Assembly: GCA_964658305.1 (NCBI GenBank)
Contig: OZ210885.1
Location: 3,472,001 to 3,536,000 of the forward strand
DNA: 64,000 nt
Origin: Leptogorgia sarmentosa
Taxonomy: Eukaryota
Reading direction: 5' to 3'
The position numbers and the translations under genes were made by a program. Shown piece after piece: positions 1 to 12,092 of the stretch. Under the pieces are notes generated by a model. It did no database searches and was not told where the DNA came from. It worked only from the letters and a program-made list of their open reading frames with translations. Within the stretch, counting starts at the first letter, position 1. Every line of letters starts with the position of its first letter.

Positions 1-1236
1 CTAGCCCAAACTCGCCTAAACTCGCAGCATATTGAAATTATCTTTTACCCTTAACTCGCCTCAACTCGCACCAGCTACATAGCATGATTTTCCCTTAACT
101 CGCTTTTCCTGCCTAAACTCGCGGCGAGTTTAGACCCCAGAGTAGGCCTTTTTTACCCTGTATATTGTACAACAAAAAAACAGGCGATATTTTCCATGAA
201 TAAAAAGGAATAAGCCGCCATATTGGTGTAATTTCATTAGTAAATATTGGTTTTTAAGCTTTTGATTGGTTGCTTGACTGTTCCGCATTGTTACATTCAA
301 TCCAGGGTGAACTATAATATTGTTCAAGGTTGTTTAAAACAGGATTAAACAATGTTTTGGAGCCCACAATCTTCATACTGTCAACAATATGTTGTTCCGC
401 ATTTTTACAGCAGATCGAGACAACTATATGCAGAGTGTGGGTAACAAAACAGGAAATAGCAAACCTACGAAGCGAAACCATATGTTATAATTCACCAAGC
501 TATAAGAAATACATTCACTCATTCAATCAAGACGAGAATGAAAAAAAAAACAAGAATCAAATAGTCTCAGAATCGGGAATTTTACAACATTTCCACTAAT
601 TTCAAGACGCCCTTTTCAACTGTATATAGACTGTATTCACGGACTGGCCAATAAATTATTAAACAAATTTTAGTTTTTAATCTCGCCTTTGAATGTATAT
701 CTGATGTATATTCGGTAATCTAGACCAACTGAAGTACGTAATGATAAATTTATATTGTTCAGCCAAGGCATATTTTAACATATATACACTGGAGTGGGGG
801 CTATATATTCCTTTCTACAAATGAAGCATTCATTTCTGTATAGTATTCAGAAATTCACTAAAATTGCCTCTCGAAACGCATGAAATAGCAATTTCAAGGA
901 CTGCAGATTTCAAATTTTCTGAGGGAGATTTCCTCTAGACCCGCTGCTGCGTTCAGATATTTTTTGTTTTGCCCTTCCCCCACTCCTAAATATTCAAAAA
1001 AATGCATGCCTCAAATAATTATTCACCATGCATTACCAGAGAAAACATTAGATTTCTACAACATTATTGACGACAAGTTACAGCGTCGTTGGGAAAGATA
1101 GGCCCGTTTCATACGTCGAATTTTGGGCGCGCCGAATGCAATTCAAACAATGGATAAAGAGAAGACTTACTTCATTACCCTTTTTGAATTGCGTTCGATA
1201 CGACCAAAACTAGATGTGCCATACTCGGCAATATAG

Positions 1237-1399
1237 ACAAAATATTTTTAATGGTTAGTGATTTAGAATATTACAAATATAATTAACTATTAATTGAATT
1301 TTTCAAGTGTTTACTATTTCTCAATTGCTTACTGCTAAGTAAACTTTGCCCTATAGTTAAATATATTTAATTGCATATTAAGCGTACCCTGCTATAAAA
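1237..1399 (+). promoter_or_regulatory. Proximal promoter of peptide paralog 1 (TATA box 1393-1399)
   Basis: GCTATAAAA about 70 nt upstream of the ATG. Upstream blocks AATATTTT..ATGGT, AAGTGTTTA and TTGCATATTAAG recur before paralogs 2 and 3. Confidence 0.7.
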
Positions 1400-1464
1400 A
1401 CGACAGCTAGCTAGGCAGTAAACATCAGAATTTACTGTTCTTATACTCAAGAAGGAAGAAAAAA

Positions 1465-2751
1465 ATGGAGAAAACTATTCTTTTGTTTGCGTTTGTGCTG
1501 ATCATCTCAGCAACACTGATCGTTGGCGAAGAAGATGTCTTGAAGAAGTGAGTGTAAAATTGTTGATTTTTGTTCCTCGGGGTAAGGTAGTGAAAACAGA
1601 ACTCACCAGATTTTTTAATTGCAATTTAAGAATTTGAAACAATATTGTAATGAGGCTAATTGAGTACTGTAATAATGATAGTAACTTCGGTGTTTCTCCA
1701 AACGACATCGCAAAGTTTTCAGTTGAATCTACAACTTTTGTAACTTTTTTCCGGGTTGGCTTGATCGTGCATCGATCAAATGTGAAAATATTTTTTTATG
1801 AATAGAAAGAGTATTTATTAACTTATTAACCACTATTCGATTTACTGGAAATTGTGTTTCACATACTGAAATTTAAGTCATTCAGGGGCGTAGCCAGCCC
1901 TACAAAAGTGAGGGGGTCCATTCATCCAGTAGATCATATAGAGCTATACTGCGCATACAAATATGTCCAAACGTATTTCATGTATTTTAGGCGGGGATGT
2001 TATGAACTTGAAAATAATAAATGTTTCACAAGTGCACCATAAACAAAACAGCCTATAATGTGTGTGTATTAATCAAATAATATATTAATCAACTGTTGGG
2101 AATGCAATGGTGATTAGCCTATGAGGAGGCGTACCCGATATTCCTTATATCCGCTTTTTTACTTGATTTTGAAGGAATTGAAAGACATGTTTTGAATAAA
2201 AGTGGGGGGGTCCGGACCCCCCCCCCCATTCCCCCCCGTGGCTACGCCCCTGAAGTCATTGTTTCCCAAGCCACAATTATATAAAATTATAGATACTCAA
2301 CAGATTTACAAGACGATAAAATCGTCGATTTCCGAAAAAAAATAGAAGACAATTTTGTCATGCCTGTTGAATAATTTATTGATAAATTATTGATGTTTCA
2401 TGAGCAATGAAGTGGATCTAATGAAAAGAAAATGCTCCGTCCGTTACGGTGCGTTTAAGTAGAAAACGGCCTTAAAGCAGCACTGAACTTTACATTAAGT
2501 TTTTCAACTTTTTATTTTTTAGATCAGCTTTAAACGAAGTATTTGCTGATCTAAGATATCTGCCCAGTCGTCGACCCAGCCGAACTCCTTACTACAGAGG
2601 AGGGAGTCATGGACCCAGCCACCGTCCCAGTCGAAGGCCTCATCATCGTAGCCGTAGTCATAGCAAAGGAAGTCGTAGCCCGAGCAAAGGGTCTAAATAT
2701 GGTGGCTATCGCGGTGAATATGATGGATATCATCGTGGTGGCTACTACTAA
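1465..2751 (+). CDS. Secreted cationic Arg/Ser/His/Gly/Tyr-rich peptide precursor, paralog 1 (103 aa, 2 exons)
   Basis: Exon 1 1465-1547 (donor AA|GTGAGT) and exon 2 2523-2751 (polypyrimidine+AG acceptor) join in phase 2: MEKTILLFAFVLIISATLIVG-EEDVLKKSALNEVFAD-LRYLPSRRPSRTPYYRGGSHGPSHRPSRRPHHRSRSHSKGSRSPSKGSKYGGYRGEYDGYHRGGYY*. Hydrophobic signal peptide, TATAAAA at 1393, AATAAA at 2974, and two paralogs with the same intron position. Confidence 0.88.
1883..2252. mobile_element. hAT-like MITE in the intron of peptide paralog 1
   Basis: TIRs CAGGGGCGTAGCCA / TGGCTACGCCCCTG with a perfect 8-bp TSD AAGTCATT. Confidence 0.9.
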
Positions 2752-4191
2752 ATGTAAAGTTATATGCTGAATATATTCAACATATGGAACCTAAAATATA
2801 GTATAGTATAAATTACGTTTGGGATTTTTTTATTTATAATATATAATTGTTAGAATTCAAAGGGTATAAATGAATAGTTTCAAAGGTGCATGAATTAGTA
2901 TTGGCAATTACACGGTTCGAGAAGAATTAAGGAAAAATTGCAAGCAGTATTGATATTATTGGAGTATAAACTCAATAAACATTCATTCATAGTTAGAAAA
3001 ATTTAGTTTGTTTCAATATTGGTTATATATTCATCGTGGACTCGGAACCGTGCAATTAATTCATGATTAATTCAATCGTTTTTACCCAATCAGGGCCAAG
3101 GATATTGACAACAATGATCATGATATTAAAAAAATACCATCGTACTACTTTTCTCAATTTTTCTAGTTCCATGTTGAAGACCGCCTTTTTGCACCAAAAA
3201 TATTGATTTCATATTTATTCGCTTTCACTTCTTATAAAAAACGTTTTCAACAGAAAATATTTAGATGGGTGGCGAGGGGTGTGTGTTATTTTTAGCCTTA
3301 TCCATGCATCTGGATTATTTGACGAATTTTCCAAAATATGGAAGTCTTTCGTTTACTGATTTGTAAACTAAATTTGAAGCTATGTTTTCGTATGAAAATT
3401 TTAATAGCTAGATAAATTTCAATAATTATATTTAGTCCTATGCACCAGCCCCTACTATAGAAAAAATTACTTTTCAGTTTTCAGAAATTCACTCCTTTAC
3501 TAGTTTTTATTATTAATCATCATAATATTTTTTTCGTTTCTTTTAATGTAGGACTGAATACTCTGTGTTGCAAACGGACAAAGATATTGAGCAATGTTAG
3601 AAAAAGGACAAGTAAAAGCGTAGTAACTTCTTCTAGATAAAATAGATAAAATAGACACTGTATAACTGTGATTTTTGAACTGCTAATAAAATACAACTAA
3701 ATGTTTTCAAAAGGCATTGAATTGAGCGGGCGTTTTATTTTCTACATTAACACATTCAAAATTAACACATCGGTAATAACCACAATCATACGCTGGCGCT
3801 GTTGCATTGAGGAATTTCAGGGAATTTGCTTCAACAACTTTATTGAACAATATTCAAGCTGTGGAAACGCACCAATGATGGGAAGTGTGTGTGTTGCAAT
3901 GTTATTGCCTGAAAATAGCACTAGCATGGAAAATTACCTGAAATGATTCCTACAGGCACCTCTCCCCCTCTGTCTATTCTTTGGCCACGGCGTAGAAGAC
4001 AGTAGCAGTCGGTAGCATTTTTGAGAATTTGAGTTCTCTGGATCATCAGAAATATAGCATGCATTTTTAGGGTCTTCTTTCTATTCCGCTTTTGTTAGGT
4101 ATATTTTACCAATATTAATAAGAAACAGATTCAATGATGCAGCACTTAATCCTCTAGCAATTCATTTTTTTGACCCAATTTATGCAGCAAA

Positions 4192-5920
4192 ATAAAAGTT
4201 ATTGTCATATTGAAATGTTAAAAGCTTGATAAACATAGGAGGTCGTTTCTTGCCAGATTCCATCATATCGTTGGCGCCAGTCGAAAAAAATAATTGAAAT
4301 GATGGATTTAATTAACCCCTGAAGGTGGAATTTTTATTGTGCTAGGTAAATGTTCCACAACAAATTATAATTTGGAAAACTGAAATAATCGCTGCAATTT
4401 CTTTCAACTTCCCTGTCTTGGTTCCATCTATTCCTAAACATGAAAGATAATTATAAAGTAATTGGGTTGTAAACACACAATCGCTTCAAATTTTTGGCAA
4501 GTGAAACCTAGAATCTTACTGCATGCATCGTTTAGGTTAACCAGAAAAATTCTCCCCATACATTTAAACACTACGATGATAAAAAAGTTCAAAACGCGAG
4601 AGGATTAAATCCCCCCCTGCCTTCAGTCATATACTTAGGAAAATGTCGAAAACTAATATTAGGAGTTTAAATTTCCTGTCGTGACCAAAAGTGTTGCACA
4701 TTTATTAGAGCGCGTGCTGTACTTAACAAGGCTTCCTCTCAAAAGACTCAGGGTCTCAAACTTCAATATCAGACCAGTGTCAGTAGCAGCTTTCAACTTT
4801 GTAAGGTTTTGGTAGAAACGTTGCATAGTTAGTAAAACATGCTATTTGTGGGTTGATACTGTGGTGTGTTCGATAAGCTACAGGTAACGTTTTATGAAAT
4901 CTTGAAGAAAGCTTAATTCTGTGTCTTATTTTTAGGGTTGTATTGGCTATTTTGTTTCCTAATAATGACAATTAAAAAAGCAAGGACAATTTAAATGTGA
5001 TGTAGCTACATGCCAATACATATACACCTAAATCGGAATCGTTTCCATTCACCACCATGACATGTTGCGCTTATTACTGGACGCTGTGTTTCGTAGCCTA
5101 ATCAGGAAAGGGCGATACATATATTGTGCTAAAGCAGTTCCAGATATATAGCATAAAAAATTGAAAGATATTCGGAGTCTCCAGAAGGTTTAAAATAACA
5201 TTTTAATTGTCTTCAGGATTTTTTAAATATATCTTTATTACGATTTTAAACACCGTAATTTCTGAATTAAAATGTTTCGCAACAATTTATTTTTTAAAAT
5301 TCAATGATTGTTGTTGAGACATTGTTAGTCCGCCCTCCTGTTCATAATTTCCTGCAGTTCGAATCAAGAAAAGCTAAAATAAAAGTTGCATGGTCTCCAA
5401 AAACCTCAAACCTTGAACTCTAAGTGCGCATGGGATCTTCGGTAACTTCCTTTCAGAGCCTAAATCTCGGACATTTTACATTGCAATAATGCAAGAAAAT
5501 ATTATAACAATTGATAATAAAAGTTGTCATGAAATGTTAAAAGCGTGATAAACACAGGGGGTCGTTTCTTGCCAGATTCCATCATATCGTTGGCGCCAGT
5601 CGAAAAAAAATAATTGAAATGATGGATTTAATTAATCCCTGAAGGTGGATTTTTTATTATGCTAGGTAATTGTTCGACAACAATTTATAATTTGGAAAAC
5701 TGAAATAATCGCTGCAATTTTTTCTACTTTCCTGACTTGTTTTGCCGGGAAACAACGAATTCTATAATCTTAATAAACTGTAGAGCTTGTCTGCTGAAAG
5801 GGTTCTATCGAATTGAATTGCGGCAGTTTTTACGGTAATACAAAATGAGGTGAAATATTTTCTTAAGATTATTTTACTGTTAAGACATAAACAATAATGT
5901 CTATTCCTAAACATGAAAGC
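4192..5920. repeat. Local direct duplication (~4192-4447 vs ~5516-5920)
   Basis: Near-identical block GGTCGTTTCTTGCCAGATTCCATCATATCGTTGGCGCCAGTCGAAAAAAA...GAAATAATCGCTGCAATTT. The second copy has ~160 extra bp before the shared TCTATTCCTAAACATGAAAG. Confidence 0.85.
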
Positions 5921-6146
5921 TAGTTATAGACTAAGGAGGTCGTACAATTTTTTGCCAGGTGAAACCGGGAATCTTACCGTATCGTCTACAGTTCTTCAGG
6001 ACACAATTTATCAGATAAAAAGTATTTAGCTTTCCTGCCAAAGCTTCTTTTAATAATTCCGCACGGCTATTTACACCCGGATAAGGGACAGCAAAGCGGA
6101 GTCTGAAACCCTGGGCTCTATATCGTCTAAGGGCAATGAACTCTAA

Positions 6147-6544
6147 AGGCCCGTTCACACGGGCGATTTTTGCTGCGATTTACGGTGCGATTTCGGTCGC
6201 TCTTGGATTGCGAAGTAAAATCGCTCGTGTGAGCAGTCGACAATTTTGCTGCGATTTGCAGTTTCTAAATCGCATTGCATCGCAACCATTTCGAGTTTGC
6301 TCGAAATATTTCATGGCGATTTCAATCGAAAAACCCGTGGCATCCTGACATGTATCGCATAATGATTTTCGCGCCATTCACCGGCAAAAATAAAATCCAC
6401 GTTGTATAAAAATCGCCGGATTCGACGCTTCAAATTGCCTCGCCAGTCGCAGTGAAATCGTCAGCTGTTCACACGAGCGTTTTGAAATCGCAGCCCGTAC
6501 CCGACAATGAAATTGCACGAAAAATCGCCCGTGTGAACGGGCCT
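6147..6544. mobile_element. PIF/Harbinger-like MITE
   Basis: Perfect TIR AGGCCCGTTCACACGGGCGATTTTT, 3-bp TAA TSD and internal GCGATTT/AAATCGC repeats. Confidence 0.88.
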
Positions 6545-6588
6545 TAAAAGACCTGGAACGAGAGCTCGGCCGTCACGTTTGAAGGGAG

Positions 6589-6765
6589 AGCACATAATAA
6601 CATAGGGTCAGGCTACCTCAGGAGGTTCGTAAACTTCCGAACATGCGGCGATTGTCCCCCGATGACCCTCGACATTACCTAATGTATTAAGTATTGTATT
6701 TCCGAAGATTATTACCGAAGAACACCCGACCGTCAAGGTAGCCTGACCCTATGTTATTAAGTGCT
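6589..6765. mobile_element. Small foldback/MITE
   Basis: ~30-bp inverted termini AGCAC(A/T)TAATAACATAGGGTCAGGCTACCT. Confidence 0.7.
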
Positions 6766-7570
6766 TACCTGTTTGAAGTCGTTCATGATGGCTGTCAAGG
6801 TCGGCAGGCTTTGAATCAGCCCGCACTCAGGTGTAACAATGCTGATTGCTGAACAACATTGTTGACAACATTGAACAACGTTGGCAGCAAAACATTGTTT
6901 ATTCCTGTTTTTATCAACCCTGAACAGGTTGATCATTTTTTACCGTGCATGTTAAGAAACGTGCTACGTTGAGAACATTCCAATTCATGATTGTATATTG
7001 TCATCTAACATTTATTTGTTGGAGTGATACAGACAATACTCGATTATTTTCATCATTTATTATCTTTCGAAGAATAAAATCAGGCATTACAACGGCACTA
7101 ACGAATATTACACACTAATACTACGTACTTATAACTTCAAGATATCATGTAGATAAACTGAACTCCAGAGATATTTTGAACCAGCCTTGCCTATAAAACT
7201 GAACAATAAAAATGTTTGATTGTTAAGATGATCGTTTCACGATTATGTCTGTAATTTTTTTAAAAATGTATCATCTTTTTTTTAAAAAATATATCATTGT
7301 ATTATATTTTTTCTGTTAACAAATGTGTAGGTGAATACACTCACGCTAATGGAAACAAGTATTGCATGTCTTCCTACAAAACGCCTTTGCCGATTGCAAC
7401 ACGTAACAAAACTTGGAATGAGCAACACAGAATGCAGGTGAGCTGTCTCCACAAGCTAAAACAAACATTAAAAACGACAAATGAGTCAACTACGTACTTT
7501 GAGGTTGTTGTAGCAAATTATGTTTTAATAAATTATAATAATTTGTGTTTTAATTTACTCAACCTGATTG

Positions 7571-10500
7571 TTACGCCTTACCCAAATAAGCTCCTTTCTG
7601 TATGGATGCTGAGTTTATCCAGCGATGGTAAGCCAGATCAACTGCGCCATCTCCATTCAGTTCCACAAACCTGGCTCCAAGATCTCTGTGCCCGTCAGCA
7701 GCGATATGGAACGGTGGCGTCCACTGAGGCACAGATCTCCAACCACTGCCTGTGTTCACGTAAGCGCCCTTCTGCTGATTATGAGAGTTGATCCATCGAT
7801 GGTAAACGAAGTCAATTAATCCATCACCAGTGACATCAGCAAACCGGGCTCCCAAATCGCCATGTCCGTCAGCAGCAATATGGAAAGGAGGTATGTAGGA
7901 TGGCGTCCACGTCCAACCGTTGCCATTGTTGATGTATGCTCCCTTTTGCTGGAGATTACTGTTTATCCAACGATGATAAACCATGTCAATTCTTCGGTCA
8001 CCATTAAGATCAACGAACCGCGCTCCTAAATCACCGTGACGATCTGCAGCAATATGAAATGGTGGTGTGAATTGGGGAGCCCAGACCCATTTGTGTCCGT
8101 TATTCAGATATGCTCCCTTCTGCTGTACATGAGAGTTTATCCAACGATGATACACCATGTCCATTCGGCCGTCGCCATTCAGATCTACAAATCTGAGAGA
8201 AACAAAAAGAAGAATGACTGAGTATTTGTATGGAAAGTGAAATTGCCACATATTGATTTGTCACATGAAAATAATATACTGGATCCTAAAATTTGTTGCG
8301 ACAAACATATCAATGTCCACTACTTTAAATTGAGTCATTATACGGACTCAGATACACAAGGAAGCCGAAGGTTGGAAATCATCTCTCTTCAAAAAGGCAA
8401 ATATCGTCTTCCTGTACAGTTTAAATTTTGCTTTTTAATTTTAAGTCATTGACAAGCTCGAATTTTCAGTCTTTTTGCCTCTTAGAATTTTCTAAATTAC
8501 CTCGCTCCCAAATCGCCATGACCGTCAGCTGCAATGTGAAATGGTGGAGTAAAGAGCGGGACCGACGTCCAGCCATTTCCCGTATTAAGATAAGCGCCTT
8601 TCTGCTGTGTGTTGGAGTTTATCCAGCGGTGGAACACGAAATCAACTTTCCCGTCACCGTTCAATTCGATAAATCTTGCGCCCAAATCGCCATGCCCATC
8701 CGCTGCAATATGAAAAGGTGGTGTAAACTGGGGAGCCGATTGCCAACCATTCCCGGAATTCAAGAAAGCCCCTTTTTGTTGAGTTTTGCCGTTGATCCAT
8801 CGATGAAAGACAAAATCGATCTTTCCGTCTCCATTGAGCTCGACGAATCGTGCACCCAAGTCTCCGTGGTTATCGGCGGCGATGTGGAATGGAGGAGTGT
8901 ACTGAGGTGCTGAGACGAAGCCCACATTCGCAACATTCAGGTAGGCGCCCTTTTGGATATTGTGGTGATTAATCCATCGATGGAAAACTTGGTCCATTCT
9001 GCCATCGCCATTCAAGTCCACAAAGCGCGCCCCCAGATCCCCATGGCGATCAGCGGCAATGTGAAAGGGAGGAGTGAACTTATTAACGAACTTCCAGTTC
9101 CCTGAAAAACATTGAAATTCTGATTTTTTAGCAAAATTTAATGTGAATATATTACTCCCGCCGAATTGCACTGAGATCATCTGTCGATGTTACGAAAGCT
9201 TCCCAATGTATCTAGAAACACGCAAATATATCAAACCCCTCACCTTCTACTATAGTGGGTGTATAGTTATAGCAAGTTATCATATTAAAATGGTAACATA
9301 CTATAAATAGTATGCTTTAACCCTGATAAAGCAAAATCATATTCATTAAAACATTATTAAACAAAATTATTAGCAACTAAGAATTTACTTAAACCATTAT
9401 AAATTATTTCAGTGCATTGAAAAAATAAGTACTATTGTTATTATTATTTATTAAAAATAATTCAAGAGCCTTTTAAACGTTTTTAAACCACTGGCAGAAT
9501 CAGCGGTAATTTATCATGATTTTTGCTGGTTTTTGCAAAATCTATCATCTATGCAGAATTAAATTAATGCAGTCCCACTGAATACTTTTAATTATAAAAA
9601 CCGGACTGCTTTAGGCTGGTGTGGTACTCCAATCATTTTACTCAAAAATTCGCGTCGATATTCGTGTTCAAAATCGGTAGCATATTTTTGGACGTTTCTA
9701 AAATCTGCAAAAAACGCGATATAAAAACTGATCAAGCTTTGCTCAACGTGAGGAAATATTAAGCTAATTTATATGGTGGTCTTGAAGGCGGGTTCTTGTG
9801 TGTCCAAGAGCAGAAATCCCATGGTCTAAGTTGGCCTGCTCAAATCGTAATCCCATTTCCTATTGTTTTATTGCTGATGAATCCCAGTCCCAGTGCATGC
9901 ATGAAATCCCATTTTCCCAGCCAAAAATAAGGAAATTCCCATTTAATTTTTACCCCTCTTCAGGACCCTGATTTCACTGAGGTATCAGGTATCATTATGG
10001 TTTGAAAGTGATATAAGCGTAGATTTGGCGTATTTTTTCAAATAAACATTACTGCAGTATCTGGACAATTATCTGTTTTACCTTCTGTTCCAAAACTGTT
10101 GGATGTCGGTGGGATTATTTGTCTTATAGAGTTAGTAATGAGTATAATACACGCGACAATACAACATTCAGATCTTACAATAGCAAGATTTTTTATCGAA
10201 TTATTTATTAGGCCAATTAAACTTTTCACATTTTGGCTTTTTTTAAATAAGTCGTATAGGAGCTGAAACAGAAGGGCAGGGTGTTTCTTGACTATGGAAG
10301 AGAAAGGCGCTTAGCTTTTTAAGTGAAGGAAAACTGAAGGAGATTACGGTCTTGATGGTGCTATATCATCCCATATTCAAGGTGCATCATTGACCCACAT
10401 TCATGGTTGTATAGCGGTTGGTACCAATTTTTATGCTTCTACATACTGGCCTATGTTTAGTGTGCTATAAATCGCCCATGTTTATAGTGCTATATATTGG

Positions 10501-11556
10501 CAAACTTTTATGCGCACATATTTCTAGAACCATCTGGGCTCCCTTTTTCTTGGTATTACGTTTGTTTCTTAGTGAAGGACACAGTGGGTTTATAAGTCTT
10601 TGAGGGAGAATGTGGTGAAGGTGGAAAAATTTTAAAAATGAAAATGCGAAATACTAACCGCTCTTCGAAATTCTCTCGGACTTGCCTCGGATTAGCTTAG
10701 GCTTGCATCGGTCGGAAAGTGAGCCGGAAAAAGTAAATGAAAGTCTTTATCTGAGATGGTATGTGTTGTTTATTTATATAGGTATATTAAATTTTTGCCC
10801 ATTTTTTGTATTGGTGTAAAACTCGAGTAACATTATATTTCATCCCCAATTCTTAAGAATTCATAAATAATATGAAGATCTGCTATGAGCAATTTAAGCT
10901 ACCAGAGAAGGCATATTTTATGAGCATGCTTTGATGTAAGAAATATTAATATTCATGTTTTTGATTCAAATGGTGGTAAATATAAAACAATGTATTACGC
11001 ATTGTAAATTGCAATTTGAGTCTTTATTATCCTAAATCGTGCAGGAAATACCAAGTGAATACCAAATTTGGCACAATTCTATATACATGCAAGTGGGCAA
11101 AAATGGTTTGAGATAGCAGCGCAAATAATTATAAATCATTAGTAATTCATAGTCTGCATAATTTTTTAACAAATGTAAGCATCTCTTTATCCGCGAATTA
11201 TGATATTATCGGAAATTGGTAATAAATATTATCAGGTTTACTGGAAATATTTTCTGACGCTGGAGAAAACAGATAATTGAAAACTGAGAACAAATAGTTC
11301 GAGAAAATGTTGCAATTAATCTGCAACGTCATTGGTTCATGGACGTGCAACAGAACGCTAGTGGTCTTTGCGTCAAAATTCTGTATTCGAAAAAGCAAAA
11401 ACTTTACTAAAATTTCAGGGCGATACAGATTTACTTATAAAGGTAGATTTGGTCTTCCTGCGATGTAATAATTGTATTGTACATAATTATGAACTCACCA
11501 AGTACAAGATGCGGAACAAGGACCAAGACAAGGCACCAGCTGAAATGGAAAAACAT
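7571..11556 (-). CDS. Secreted FG-GAP/VCBS-type 7-bladed beta-propeller protein (PVL-like lectin candidate, ~426 aa)
   Basis: Exons 11556-11499 (signal peptide MFFHFSWCLVLVLVPHLVLG, G|GTGAGT), 9101-8501 (AG|GTAATT) and 8192-7571 total 1281 nt in frame. Seven ~58-aa repeats F(V)[D/E]LNGDGxxDxVxHRWINxxxQQKGAYLNxGxGW...FTPPFHIAADGHGDLGAR carry integrin-type Ca-binding DxNGDG loops. A possible extra 66-nt exon lies at 10724-10659. Confidence 0.88.
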
Positions 11557-12092
11557 CTTGAGATCAGAAGCGTGTTGTCTGCACGAGAAGCAGGACGACT
11601 ATGAAGGATTAGCCCAGAAGCTTGTTATTTTCATCAATCTAACGATTGTTTGTTCGGCTCAAGGGGGTGGGAGTTAGCATAACGACACAAACGGATGCAG
11701 ACTTTTAGTCAGTTGTGTAAGCTTCTTTCAGATTGTTCACAATTCAAATGCAAATCATGCTATTTTACTTATAATAGAGGAAACTATGAAGACATACGGC
11801 GCCAAACTGAATAAAGCAAAACTAATTAAAAAAAGTTCATAGTTATTGATTGTAAGTACTTATCAGTGATTGAGGGTCAGCCAGATAAACTGACAAATTT
11901 GATATTCCAATTAGCGGCATAGCGCCTGTAATTCGACAGAATTAGGGTCCTTAAATATTTCACGTCGAAAATGTTGGAATCTGCTCAGTAAAACAACAAT
12001 AACAAAGTCTTTTAGTTTGAAAAAAAATTACTCTGGCCAAAGAAAAAGTGAAGTAAAGGACGAGAAAATCGTTTTGAAAAAGGTTCTTTGTT

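Noticed and set aside
1..130. AACTCGC short repeats at the window start
   Set aside because: Probably the truncated end of a repeat element; the other end lies outside the window, so it cannot be classified.
2551..2733. Thr/Ala-rich antisense ORFs (also 34664-34885 and 40828-41052)
   Set aside because: Reverse-strand shadows of the AGT/CGT/AGC-rich peptide exons.
7297..8913. Plus-strand ORFs of 161-164 aa overlapping the propeller gene
   Set aside because: Antisense shadows of a GC-richer repetitive coding region, with no recognisable motifs.
7571..9101. Bacterial contamination as the source of the FG-GAP repeats
   Set aside because: The gene has canonical spliceosomal introns and a separate signal-peptide exon, and sits among host-type repeats.
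10771..10780. Minus-strand TATATAAATA as the promoter of the propeller gene
   Set aside because: The first downstream ATG is closed after three codons, and a proper signal-peptide exon lies further upstream at 11556-11499.
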